A stretch of DNA of 50,177 bases from a virus (lineage: Duplodnaviria; Caudoviricetes): IMG/VR virus record IMGVR_UViG_3300023082_000250, positions 1-50,177 of that record. The stretch is one strand, 5' to 3'. The translations under genes were made by a program, and so were the position numbers. The notes under the pieces were generated by a model. The model ran no database searches, was not told the origin of the DNA, and saw nothing but the letters and a program-made list of their open reading frames with translations. Positions 26,795 to 36,600 of this stretch are shown here, one piece after another (position 1 is the first letter of the stretch; the number at the start of each line of letters is the position of its first letter).

Positions 26795-26865
26795 TCCATA
26801 AAGGTATTTGGTTTCATAGTTTGGTTTAGGTTAGGCTAAGGGCGTGGTTTCCCTTAGCCTTTTTT
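26795..26865 (+). ncRNA. Candidate ~70-nt small RNA
   Basis: Bounded by a consensus promoter and an intrinsic terminator; G/U-rich body with no ATG on the + strand. Confidence 0.5.
26833..26865 (+). terminator. Rho-independent terminator
   Basis: AGGCTAAGGG-N8-CCCTTAGCCT followed by T-run. Confidence 0.9.
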
Positions 26866-26880
26866 ATTTAAAAATCCATT

Positions 26881-27927
26881 ATGCCCAACAATATAGAAAG
26901 GGAATATGAGGCCAGACACCTGGCAAATATTCAAAAGGCGCAAAAGAAGGTTGATGCCATTTATAGGGCTGTAATTGACAAAATATATCAGAGAGCTGCC
27001 GGTCTCAAACTTAAAGGAACGGTGTTCCGTATTTCAGATTATCCAGAGTTCAACAAAGAGGTTGACAGGATCCTAATCACCTTCCGGAAAGATGTAGATA
27101 TTACCCTGGTAAACGGTATTAAGGGTGAATGGGAACTGTCCACTGAAAAGAATGCAAATGTGATTCATAAGGCCTATGGAAACATCATTGATCAGGTAGA
27201 TCGCATGTTGTATGATCCACAGGCGGCTGCCATGAAGGAGTTCACCGAGCGGAAGGTAGTTGGCTTAGGCTTGTCTGATCGGGTGCATAGATACACCAAT
27301 CAGTTTCAAAATGAAATCGAGCAGAATCTCTTTGCAGGATTGAATGAGGGGCGGTCTGCTGCTGAAATGGCCAGGGATCATCTCCAATATTTACAGCAAC
27401 CGGATAAACTATTCAGGAGGGTTAAAGCAATTACAAGATCTGGTAAAGCGATTCTCAGGTTATCCAAAGCGGCGCAGGAATATAAACCAGGGAAAGGTAT
27501 CTACCGCTCCAGTAGACGCAACGCTATGCGATTAACCCGCGATACTGTAAACGATAGCTACCGTCAAGCTGATATGAACAGGTATCAGACTTTACCCTTT
27601 GTCCTTGGCTATGAGGTTAACTTATCAAATAATCACCCTCGTACCGACATCTGCGATGATCTGAAAGGTACCTATCCGAAGACCTTCGTATGGCTGAAGT
27701 GGCACAATCAATGCATTTGCTTCTGTACCACAAAAATGGCCAGCCCAGAAGAGTTCGATAGATACCAACAGGCCCTGATCGATGGCACCGCTGATAATTT
27801 CAAGTTCACCGGGGGAGTAATTTCACTGCCAAATAACTTTGATAACTATGTGGCGAACAACCAGGGTAAGATGGATAAGTGGAAGCGTAAACCGGACTGG
27901 GTACTGATGAATGATGTTCAGATTTAA
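26881..27927 (+). CDS. Head morphogenesis / minor capsid protein (SPP1 gp7, Mu gpF-like)
   Basis: LSDRVH, NAMRLTRDTVN, ICDDLKGTYP..WHNQCIC; follows portal. Confidence 0.85.
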   Translation: MPNNIEREYEARHLANIQKAQKKVDAIYRAVIDKIYQRAAGLKLKGTVFRISDYPEFNKEVDRILITFRKDVDITLVNGIKGEWELSTEKNANVIHKAYGNIIDQVDRMLYDPQAAAMKEFTERKVVGLGLSDRVHRYTNQFQNEIEQNLFAGLNEGRSAAEMARDHLQYLQQPDKLFRRVKAITRSGKAILRLSKAAQEYKPGKGIYRSSRRNAMRLTRDTVNDSYRQADMNRYQTLPFVLGYEVNLSNNHPRTDICDDLKGTYPKTFVWLKWHNQCICFCTTKMASPEEFDRYQQALIDGTADNFKFTGGVISLPNNFDNYVANNQGKMDKWKRKPDWVLMNDVQI

Positions 27928-28319
27928 TTTGTAGAAGACACCATCTTATATCTAGTCACCATAACTGTTTTATTAGTAAATCCGTTGTTTGTCGTTATCG
28001 GTTCATTCCAAACGCTAAATGTATCGTTGTTAACTGTAATCCTGATATCACGGATATTGCCTTGCTGAGATATTATAGGTGTAATCAAAGATGAAATCTC
28101 ACTAATCTCACTTTTCAGGGTTTCTTTTTCTTCTTCTAAACCTTTAAGAAATAGAAATTGATCGTACACTTTTTGAGCGGTATCTACTGATATAGTCTGG
28201 TGACTGTTAGCGATTTGTAATGTTTTATAAGCCCTAGATTTTTCTTTATTTTCGATATCGATGTCGCCGATCCTATTGGTTTTTATTATTAAGTCGTAGA
28301 ATAAATCTTGTAAATCCAT
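27924..28319 (-). CDS. Hypothetical moron protein on the opposite strand
   Basis: 131-aa AT-rich ORF inside the head module. Confidence 0.6.
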   Translation of the reverse strand: MDLQDLFYDLIIKTNRIGDIDIENKEKSRAYKTLQIANSHQTISVDTAQKVYDQFLFLKGLEEEKETLKSEISEISSLITPIISQQGNIRDIRITVNNDTFSVWNEPITTNNGFTNKTVMVTRYKMVSSTN

Positions 28320-28351
28320 CTTTTTAAATTTTCTCTCAATATAGTCAAGTA

Positions 28352-28413
28352 TTTACCAATCCACAACGGTAAATACTAAAAAACGGCTGCAAATCATATC
28401 CTACCTAATTTTA
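28352..28413 (+). promoter_or_regulatory. Putative late promoter 1 (TTTACC-N10-GGTAAA plus -7-like TAATTTTA)
   Basis: Same +54 spacing as the copies at 43501 and 49209. Confidence 0.65.
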
Positions 28414-28445
28414 TGGCTATTCAAACAATAGCATAATAAACTACT

Positions 28446-29096
28446 ATGTACGAAAAGATTCTTGCACAACTGATGGCTAAAAACCCAGGGGTGCCTAAAG
28501 CAATTCTGGGACTTCTTGCGACCAAATTAGCAGCAAAAGTAACAGAAGAAGATCAAATTGAAGGGGCTATCACAGACTTTGAAAGCAACTCACTTGTATC
28601 CGTTGCCGATTACGCTGCCTTACTTCAAAAGGATGGTGATAAACGCGTTGCAGACGCTTTGAAAAAAGCAAAAAAAGAAGCGGGTATCGAAACTGATGAA
28701 GATCCTGAAAAAGGAAAAGGTGGCAACCAGGCTGATATCAGCAAATTGATTGCAGATGGAATAGCAGCAGCTATGAAACCTGTATTGGAAACTATCGGAA
28801 CATCCAAGGTCAAAGAAACTAAAGAAAGCCTACGGGCAGCTCTGAAGTTGAAAGGTGTACCTGAAGACTGGGCTGATGATATCCATATCAGTGAAGACTT
28901 CGATTCTGAAGCTACAGTCACACGTCTGGAAACTAAATGGAACAATGCTCAGCAAGTAGCCATCAATAAAGCTGTTGGTGATGGAACTGTCTTCCAGAGT
29001 AATGGTCGATCGACCACTAAAATTGAAGATTCCATCAAGGAATTTGGTAAAACGGTAACACCAAAAGATGCCGGATTTAACATTGTAGAAGTTTAA
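28446..29096 (+). CDS. Capsid scaffolding protein
   Basis: Helical, charged, LQKDGDKRVADA; upstream of capsid genes. Confidence 0.75.
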   Translation: MYEKILAQLMAKNPGVPKAILGLLATKLAAKVTEEDQIEGAITDFESNSLVSVADYAALLQKDGDKRVADALKKAKKEAGIETDEDPEKGKGGNQADISKLIADGIAAAMKPVLETIGTSKVKETKESLRAALKLKGVPEDWADDIHISEDFDSEATVTRLETKWNNAQQVAINKAVGDGTVFQSNGRSTTKIEDSIKEFGKTVTPKDAGFNIVEV

Positions 29097-29101
29097 CAAC
29101 T

Positions 29102-29719
29102 ATGAGTTTATTCAATTCAAGTAGAGCAGACGTAGCTGGCAGACCAATGTTCCCGTCACCTCAACACCTTCAGGATTATCCTGGTGGAGGAACGCTGGAC
29201 AAAGATCAGTTTCCTGATGGAACAGTCTTAAGGACTTGCACGTTTCTGGCCATTGATGAAGCAACAAGCATCGTCAAGGTTTTAAAGACTGCTACCATTG
29301 TGGAAGCAGCAGCGGCCGATGCAGTCGCTTATAAAATTGCAAAGACCGTTAATGATAACGATCAGGCGAATTTGATTTTGAAATCAGATATCATGGCTAA
29401 ATCTGTAGGCGGTGCGTCATATGCTATTTCAGCAATTGACCAAACAAATGCAGGTTACGATCTGATCACATTCGGTACGACCCTTGGCGCAATGGCTGTA
29501 GGTGACGTATTGTTTCAATCGAAAACCTCTGGTGCGACTGCCGGAGCACTCTTCGTAACGCCAAATGGTGTACTGAGAAATGATGTGATTACCGGTCCAA
29601 ACACATTTGTCCCTATTATCCGCGTAGGTGCTGTTTACAACAGACGCTTACCGTTTAAAGCACCTCAGGCGGTGAAGGATGCCCTGAAAGGTTTCATATT
29701 TTTCTCTGAACAACGCTAA
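29102..29719 (+). CDS. Head decoration / minor capsid protein
   Basis: Between scaffold and MCP; PGGGTL start, RRLPF..VKDALKGFIF end. Confidence 0.65.
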   Translation: MSLFNSSRADVAGRPMFPSPQHLQDYPGGGTLDKDQFPDGTVLRTCTFLAIDEATSIVKVLKTATIVEAAAADAVAYKIAKTVNDNDQANLILKSDIMAKSVGGASYAISAIDQTNAGYDLITFGTTLGAMAVGDVLFQSKTSGATAGALFVTPNGVLRNDVITGPNTFVPIIRVGAVYNRRLPFKAPQAVKDALKGFIFFSEQR

Positions 29720-29725
29720 TAAAAA

Positions 29726-30817
29726 ATGGTAGGATCAGTAATTTCAGAACTTGCAGAAAAGAAAAGTCTGCAGGTCTACATCGATGAGACAAAGGCAAAA
29801 TACGCAGGTATTTTCTGGCCGTCTCTATTAGCGGTAAAACCTTCAGACAACCTGAAGTGGAGTGCTGTTATCGGTGACAAAAAAGCCGGTGTGGCCGGTA
29901 ATGTAACTGCGTTCAATGTGTCTGCTCCTTTGCATACACGTGATGCCTTACGTGAAAAAGACGGTAGGATTCCTTCGATTCGTGGTGCACGTACCATGGA
30001 TGAGAATGATCTTCATAAATACCTGGAGCTATCAAAACAAAATAACCTTGACATTAATCGTGTCTTAGGTTTACTGTTCGATGATATCGAATTCTGTTCG
30101 ATCGCTCCGCACAAACGTATTGACTGGATGGTAGCGAAAATGATTTCCAATGGAGGTTACATATCATTCCAGGCAGACAACAACGTAGGTGTAACTACCC
30201 AGTACAACGTTGATTTTGGCATGCCATCTTCACATAAAACAGGAACTGTTGGTGAGGTTTGGAGCAATGCTGCAGGATCAACTCCACTGACTGACTTAAA
30301 GAAAAACTTCTTTGAGCCTTTAGCGGATTTAGGTGTGGGTGGTGGAGTGATCAGGATGCATCCAACTAAGGTATTCGATCTGTTGAACTCCACAGAGGTG
30401 TTGACCAAATTCGGTCTGCTTTCTAATGGTAAAACCAATGGAATAGATTTATCACTGACAACCGTTAATGGTTACTTACAGCAAAACAGCTGGCCGACGA
30501 TTCGCCCGTTCAATGCTTCCGTAGGTATTGAGGTGGATGGTAAAGTGACCTATTCAAACCCATTTGAGAAAGATAATATTATCTTCACTCCTGATGGTCT
30601 GATTGGTTCACTTCACGTTGCTCCAATCGTAGAAAGGGATCGCCCAGTTGCTGGTGTGACTTACGCTGAATACAATGGTAACCTGGTGAAGAAATACAGC
30701 CAGACAAACCCTGTGGTTGAGTTTACGGCATACGAGTACAATGCTTTCCCTTCATTCGACACTATCGATCAGTCTTTCATCATGAATACTGCCCGTAAAG
30801 GTTCATTCTCAGCATAG
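29726..30817 (+). CDS. Major capsid protein (lambda gpE-like)
   Basis: 363 aa; GRIPSI, VDFGMP, WSN..PLTDL, AFPSF; synteny. Confidence 0.85.
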   Translation: MVGSVISELAEKKSLQVYIDETKAKYAGIFWPSLLAVKPSDNLKWSAVIGDKKAGVAGNVTAFNVSAPLHTRDALREKDGRIPSIRGARTMDENDLHKYLELSKQNNLDINRVLGLLFDDIEFCSIAPHKRIDWMVAKMISNGGYISFQADNNVGVTTQYNVDFGMPSSHKTGTVGEVWSNAAGSTPLTDLKKNFFEPLADLGVGGGVIRMHPTKVFDLLNSTEVLTKFGLLSNGKTNGIDLSLTTVNGYLQQNSWPTIRPFNASVGIEVDGKVTYSNPFEKDNIIFTPDGLIGSLHVAPIVERDRPVAGVTYAEYNGNLVKKYSQTNPVVEFTAYEYNAFPSFDTIDQSFIMNTARKGSFSA

Positions 30818-30824
30818 AATACTA

Positions 30825-31151
30825 ATGGATATCACTGTAAGAGAAGCCCTGAAAAGCACAGTCAATTTTCCTATACCGGTTGAACGGGTAGAAATGGCGC
30901 TTATCAATTCTGAGTTAGATGGCGAGGCTATCTATGCTAAAACAGATGAGAAAGCAGTTGACCTTGCTATGGCAGGGCTCCTCAAAACATTGATCACCAG
31001 CGGCACTGTTCGAGAAGGAGGGTTCACCAGGGAGATGCCAGCAGCTGCTGTTTTGCGTTCCTTACGGATTGATATCCTGAACAAATGGGGCATTGATGAA
31101 TCATTGCCTGTTGCGAAGCCTGAAATATACGATGGTACTGGATTATGGTGA
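30825..31151 (+). CDS. Head-tail adaptor
   Basis: Directly after MCP; VREGGFT; C-terminal Trp. Confidence 0.65.
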   Translation: MDITVREALKSTVNFPIPVERVEMALINSELDGEAIYAKTDEKAVDLAMAGLLKTLITSGTVREGGFTREMPAAAVLRSLRIDILNKWGIDESLPVAKPEIYDGTGLW

Positions 31152-31477
31152 CACAATATCCAGATATCTTAAAGTTTGACATCATCAACGGTGGCGGCAC
31201 TTCTGTAGATGAAAATGGTGATACAGTGATCATCCCAGGATCCAAAGTTACGATCGGCATCAAATGCCGGTTTGAGGTAAATGCTGAAGGGAAAACCTTT
31301 CCATCGAATGATGGTGAGCAGACGCTGTACAACTGGGACGTATTCGCTCCGCTTGATCAGCAGGATGTTCCTGAAGGAATCTCCTTCACAGGGTTTGATA
31401 AGGATTTGAAATTGATTGCTACAGGCGTTGTGAAACGCTTTAAGCGTAACCAGATGAATCTTAGCATTCAAGTATAA
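31145..31477 (+). CDS. Head closure protein
   Basis: DENGD..KCRFE; synteny. Confidence 0.6.
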   Translation: MVTQYPDILKFDIINGGGTSVDENGDTVIIPGSKVTIGIKCRFEVNAEGKTFPSNDGEQTLYNWDVFAPLDQQDVPEGISFTGFDKDLKLIATGVVKRFKRNQMNLSIQV

Positions 31478-31929
31478 TGGGAATCAAGGCAAGGTTTACA
31501 CCGGCTGACGTTAGAAAGATGATCAAGGAAAAAACGGATAGGATTGAATCTGCAATCATTGCCAGACTTCAGTATATAGGTGAAACATTTGTCAACAACG
31601 CCAGAACGAATGGTGCATACCTGGATCATACCGGTAACCTGAGAAGCTCGATAGGATATGTGATTTTGAAGGATGGAAAAGTCCTTTTTGAAAACTACCA
31701 GGCGGCATCTAAAGGAACTGACAAGGAAAAGGGTGTAGCTACCGGTAAGAAGCTGGCAAAGCAAGTGAGATCAGGATTGAGCAAAGGGTATGTTTTGATT
31801 GTCGTGGCCGGTATGGATTACGCAGCTGCAGTAGAGAGCATGGGAAAGGATGTGTTAACGGCCAGTTCGATTATCGCAAAAAAGGATTTACAAAGGGCAG
31901 TCAAAAGCTTTAAGAACTCACTTAGATAA
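31477..31929 (+). CDS. Neck protein (HK97 gp10-like)
   Basis: DHTGNLRSSIGY..AGMDYAAAVE. Confidence 0.85.
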   Translation: MGIKARFTPADVRKMIKEKTDRIESAIIARLQYIGETFVNNARTNGAYLDHTGNLRSSIGYVILKDGKVLFENYQAASKGTDKEKGVATGKKLAKQVRSGLSKGYVLIVVAGMDYAAAVESMGKDVLTASSIIAKKDLQRAVKSFKNSLR

Positions 31930-31931
31930 CT

Positions 31932-32372
31932 ATGGGATTTACATCAATTGAGGTTGTTAATATGCTTAAAGATCACATTGTGCATAGCGCGCTGATGACT
32001 GATCCAAATAAACCCAATGGTAAGCTGTGCAAGTACAAAAGGCCTAAGAATTCAGTACTGGAAGATGTCGTGATTAACGGATTGCCTCTGATACAAGATG
32101 ATATCGATGAGGCGGTATTGAATGTCAATATCTATGTGCCTAATCTGAACTTTCCAAATGATCCGGATGACAAAACGCAGCCAGATAACGCGAGGCTTCT
32201 GGTGCTGTCAAAACTTGGAAACAAGGCATTTACAGAGGGTGCTGATAGTGAGGGTTGCATCTGGGATGAGAACGGAGATTACTGCTTTAAATACCAACAG
32301 GACAGTGTGATTGAGGACGATAACAATCAACACTACATAAATTTTAGAATCGAGTTCTACTCATCAATTTAA
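31932..32372 (+). CDS. Tail terminator/completion protein
   Basis: RPKNS.LEDVVIN..NVNIYVP..HYINFRI; synteny. Confidence 0.7.
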   Translation: MGFTSIEVVNMLKDHIVHSALMTDPNKPNGKLCKYKRPKNSVLEDVVINGLPLIQDDIDEAVLNVNIYVPNLNFPNDPDDKTQPDNARLLVLSKLGNKAFTEGADSEGCIWDENGDYCFKYQQDSVIEDDNNQHYINFRIEFYSSI

Positions 32373-32378
32373 ATAATT

Positions 32379-32882
32379 ATGGCAAAGAAATTTTATGCCT
32401 TAAAGGCAATTACAATGGGGCCACCTGCATCTGATGGAGGAATGGGACAAACCCTGACAGAGGTTCTTGGTGCCACCGTAAAAGGAACGGCAACATTAAC
32501 ATCCACCACTCCAGAAACAGCTGAGATCGAGATCGAAGAATCAGACGAGCTGTATGATGAGATTGAAACAAAAGCTGCAGTATGGACTTTAGCGGCCAGT
32601 ACATATAACGTATCTGCTTTATCCATGAAACAGTTTTTCGGCGGATCAATCACTACAGGTGTATGGTCACCTCCTGTAGATGGCGCAACTGTTCAGGTGT
32701 ATCAATCGGTTTTAGTTGAAACAAGGACCGGTATTAAAGTGAGCATCGTGAAAATGAAACTTACTGGTACCGCAAACCTGGCTTTTGATAAAACCAAGTT
32801 AGGTCAGATTGATTGGACAGGTAAGATCTTGAAAGCAGATAAAGCTGCCACACCATCTTTTACTATCGATTTCGGTGTATAA
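32379..32882 (+). CDS. Major tail tube protein
   Basis: 167 aa, Thr-rich, beta-rich; followed by hairpin and chaperone gene. Confidence 0.75.
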   Translation: MAKKFYALKAITMGPPASDGGMGQTLTEVLGATVKGTATLTSTTPETAEIEIEESDELYDEIETKAAVWTLAASTYNVSALSMKQFFGGSITTGVWSPPVDGATVQVYQSVLVETRTGIKVSIVKMKLTGTANLAFDKTKLGQIDWTGKILKADKAATPSFTIDFGV

Positions 32883-32888
32883 CCTCAT

Positions 32889-32910
32889 AAGCCCCTCTAA
32901 CCGGGGGCTT
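32889..32910 (+). terminator. Hairpin / weak terminator after the tail tube gene
   Basis: AAGCCCCT-N6-GGGGGCTT; short T tail. Confidence 0.55.
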
Positions 32911-32921
32911 AATATTCTCAT

Positions 32922-33434
32922 ATGACAGAGTTTGAAAAGTTACAAGCACTTTCCCTGGTAGGTGAGGTAATCACTGAGAAAAGTAAAAGTGTGACGATCA
33001 AAGTGAAGCCTGATAACCTAATTGAAAAGCTATTGATGAAAATTGGATTGATGAAAACCGAGCGGGTGTTTGAGATCAGCCCAATTTTAGTTGGCAACAG
33101 GTACAGAGTTTCTTCGGTCGCTAACAAGATACCAGAAGACCTTTTTGATAAAGGCAGGATCAGTGAGACTAAAGCGTGGAAAGCTGTTCAGGAATACACA
33201 GACTATTTTATTTACATAGTGGCTGTATGTATCCAGAACAACAAGAAGGAGCCATCAAAGGCACTTTTGAAATACCTGCGATGGGTGGAGGACCGGGAGT
33301 TCTTCGATCTTCTGGATAAATCTCTCACCCTTGCCGGTGTAGAGCTTTTTATGAAATCTATCATCTTGATCAAAGGCCAAAGTGTCTTGAATGTGCCGGA
33401 GAAGGTTGCGACAAGTGCAACGGATCCGGATTAA
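32922..33434 (+). CDS. Tail assembly chaperone (gpG-like)
   Basis: Between tail tube and tape measure; contains GAG CTT TTT ATG slippery run. Confidence 0.75.
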   Translation: MTEFEKLQALSLVGEVITEKSKSVTIKVKPDNLIEKLLMKIGLMKTERVFEISPILVGNRYRVSSVANKIPEDLFDKGRISETKAWKAVQEYTDYFIYIVAVCIQNNKKEPSKALLKYLRWVEDREFFDLLDKSLTLAGVELFMKSIILIKGQSVLNVPEKVATSATDPD

Positions 33435-33685
33435 CACCTGATGAGTCCACTGATGCCGAGGGAGATCATAGCCCTTGGAGATTACTAAACGATTACCGGA
33501 AGTATTGGCCGGGAACGAACAGAAAAGAGTTGCTGTGGGAAACCAGCTGGTTCAATTTTACAATGGATCTGGCAACAATCCCAAAACCTAAAACTACCAA
33601 ACCAGGTGAACCCAATGAACAGGATGGTATCATGATATCACCCGAAGATGAGGAAGCAGAATTAAGAAAAGATTTAGGACTATAA
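33347..33685 (+). CDS. -1 frameshift extension of the tail chaperone (gpGT-like)
   Basis: -1 frame open from the T5 run (33346-33350) to TAA 33683-33685, 1 nt before the tape measure ATG. Confidence 0.7.
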   Translation, partial: FYEIYHLDQRPKCLECAGEGCDKCNGSGLTPDESTDAEGDHSPWRLLNDYRKYWPGTNRKELLWETSWFNFTMDLATIPKPKTTKPGEPNEQDGIMISPEDEEAELRKDLGL

Positions 33686-33686
33686 G

Positions 33687-36600
33687 ATGGCATTATCAAC
33701 AACAGGCGGTGGATTATACTTCGATTCGACTATAGACGATAGCCAGTTCGGTGCGGCTATCAACCGCATGAACAATGAAATCAATGGCCTGTCAAATAAT
33801 GTCAAAAAACAGGGTTCTGATTTAGAAAACTTTGCCAATCGTGCAGCCAAAGCTGCTACTGCTTTTTTCTCCTTACAAGCTGCTGAAGGATTCATCGAAA
33901 AAATGATCCAGGTTCGCGGAGAGTTTCAACAACTCGAAGTAGCCCTTACTACCATGTTAGGCAGCAAAGAAGCTTCCAACAAGCTGATGGGCCAAATGGT
34001 TCAGCTGGCTGCTACCACTCCATTTACACTTACTGAAGTTGCAAAATCTGGTAAGCAATTGCTTGCCTATGGATTCGCAGCTGATACAATAACTGATACG
34101 CTCACCAAACTGGGAAGCGTTGCCGCTGGTGTATCTGCACCGATTGGTGATATTGCTTATCTATTTGGTACCCTCAAAACTCAGGGCAGGGCATTTACCA
34201 AAGATATCCGCGAGTTCTCTGGCCGTGGTATTCCTATTATAGCCGAACTGGCCAAAGTACTTAAAACCTCTGAAGCTAATGTAAGCACTTTGGTTGAGGC
34301 TGGAAAAGTCGGATTCCCGGAAGTAGAGAAAGCATTCAATAACCTGACCAGTTCAGGTGGCATGTTCTATAACCTGATGAAAGAGCAGTCAAAAACATTG
34401 ACTGGCCAATTGAGCAACCTTTCAGATGCCTGGGACAATATGTTGAACAGCTTAGGTAAGTCTCAGGAAGGAATATTCTCCAGCGGAATAGCAGCAGTTA
34501 CCGAACTGGTTCAGAATTACGATAAGGTTCTTTCCATCATCACTGTACTAACCGCTGGATATGGCGTATATAGAGCCGCACTCCTGGCTACTGCTGCCGT
34601 TGATAAAATTGGCTTAACCAATGCCGGCAACATGGTCGTTGCGTTGAATGCTGAAAGCGTGGCAAGGATTGCCAAGGCTGGTGCTGAAGCTGAAGAAATG
34701 CGCGTTGAGGTGAGTAATCTGGCTGTGAAGAAAGCCGCAGCTATCCATTCCTATCAGAATGCTCAGGCAACTTTGGCCGAATCAGAGGCAAAACTTGCGA
34801 ATCTATCCACCGGTGCACTGACTGCTGCACAGGAAAGAGAAAGCCTCGCCCGTAAGGCGGCTATCGCTGCATCATCCGCTTTCTACACCGCTAAATTAGA
34901 ACTTGAAACTGCTGCTAAAGGCGGGGCGACTGCCGCCGAGCTATCTTCAATGAGAGCGGAAGTGGTTAGTTTGAATGTTAAACGGGAAACAGCTTTACAA
35001 ACCGCAATCAATGCAGAAGCAAACCTAAAGAACGTAGAATCTAAAACATTGGCTTCTGCTCAGGAGAAAGTTATAGCTGCTCAGGAACAGGCTGCTATCG
35101 CAAGAAAGGCAGCCATCGCTGCCGGCGCCGAATTCAACACTGCAAAAACCGAATTGGAAACAACTGCTAAGATTGCCAATAGTGCTGCTACAGTCGAACT
35201 TACTGCTGTAGAGAGCCTGCAAGCAGCAAATAAGCGAATACTGATTGCATTACAGCAAGCATACAATGCTGTATTAGCTGCTACACCAGCTGCAGCATTT
35301 GCTGTGGTTCTAACTGCACTCGGAGTTGCGATCTATGCTTTAACCCAAACGACCTCTGCTGCAGTGGTGGCTACCAGGGCATTGAATGATATTCAGGCAG
35401 AGATTGCAGGTAAAATCGCTGAACAAAGGCTGGCTGTAACGGATTACGTTAAAATAATTAAAGATGCCAATTCCACTGAGAACGAAAGAACAACTGCCTT
35501 AAAGAAATTAACTGATCTCAGCCCAAAGATATTGGGGGCTCTCAACGCTCAGAATATATCCACAAGGCAAGGATCCGACGCAATAAAAGAATACTTGAAA
35601 TGGTTAGATGCCAAACTTCAGGGAGAGGCCGCGTATGTAATCAAGTCTGATGCAGTACGTCGAATCGCTGAACGAAATATCAAAGCGTCCGCGGAGGGCG
35701 AGGAAAAAACCAAAGGACTGGATTGGACAAAGAGGTTGGGGTACAGTCTCAGGAACTTCATTACTGGCAATAGTAAATTATCCAGTGCAGATGAATCCCA
35801 GCAGATTGTTGATGAATTGAACAAGCATGATCAGGCTATTATCAATGCTGTAGACAAGAAATATGGCGCTGCATTAAAACAGCGTGCGTTGGATGGAGTA
35901 ACCCGCACTGATGCGACTATACCAGATGTAAAAAATAAGGCTTACTATGATGCGATAATTAAAAAGAATACCGAAGATCTGGAAGCGCTGGACAGCGGAG
36001 CGAAAGACTTTGAGGCAAGATCTAAACCTTTGATCGCGAAAATAAATGCTGCTCGTAAGGCATTACTGGCATTTGATTCAACCGGCAAGCAGGCAAAAAC
36101 AGATGCTAAAGCTGATAATCTTGAAAACTCAGCCTTAAAACGCCAGGCAGAAATGCTGCAGAAGATCTATGAATTGAATGAAAAGTACAATAATAAATCC
36201 TTAACTGATGACGAGCAGAAGCTTGCCGATATCAGGGCAGAATTTAAATCCCTGCAGACGGATATTGATCAGTACAATAAGGATCCTAAGAATAAAAAGG
36301 TTAATCCAAATCTGAAACCGGCACTTGAAAAAGCTCTGGATAATCAGGAATATGAAAATGAGACTAAACGTCTGGCTGCACAGCTCGATAAACAGAAAAC
36401 TTTATATGCTGATTTCGAGGCATACAAAGTGCTGTTTGGTGAAGATAAGGCCAAACAACGTTTTGGGGAGGAATTAACCAGTACCGATCAGTTTATCGCT
36501 GATCTGGAAGCAAGACGTGCTAAGTTACTTGAAACAGATCCTCTCAATATGAGCGGTATTCAGAAGGACAGACTGAAGTTGTATGATGACTCGATCAATG

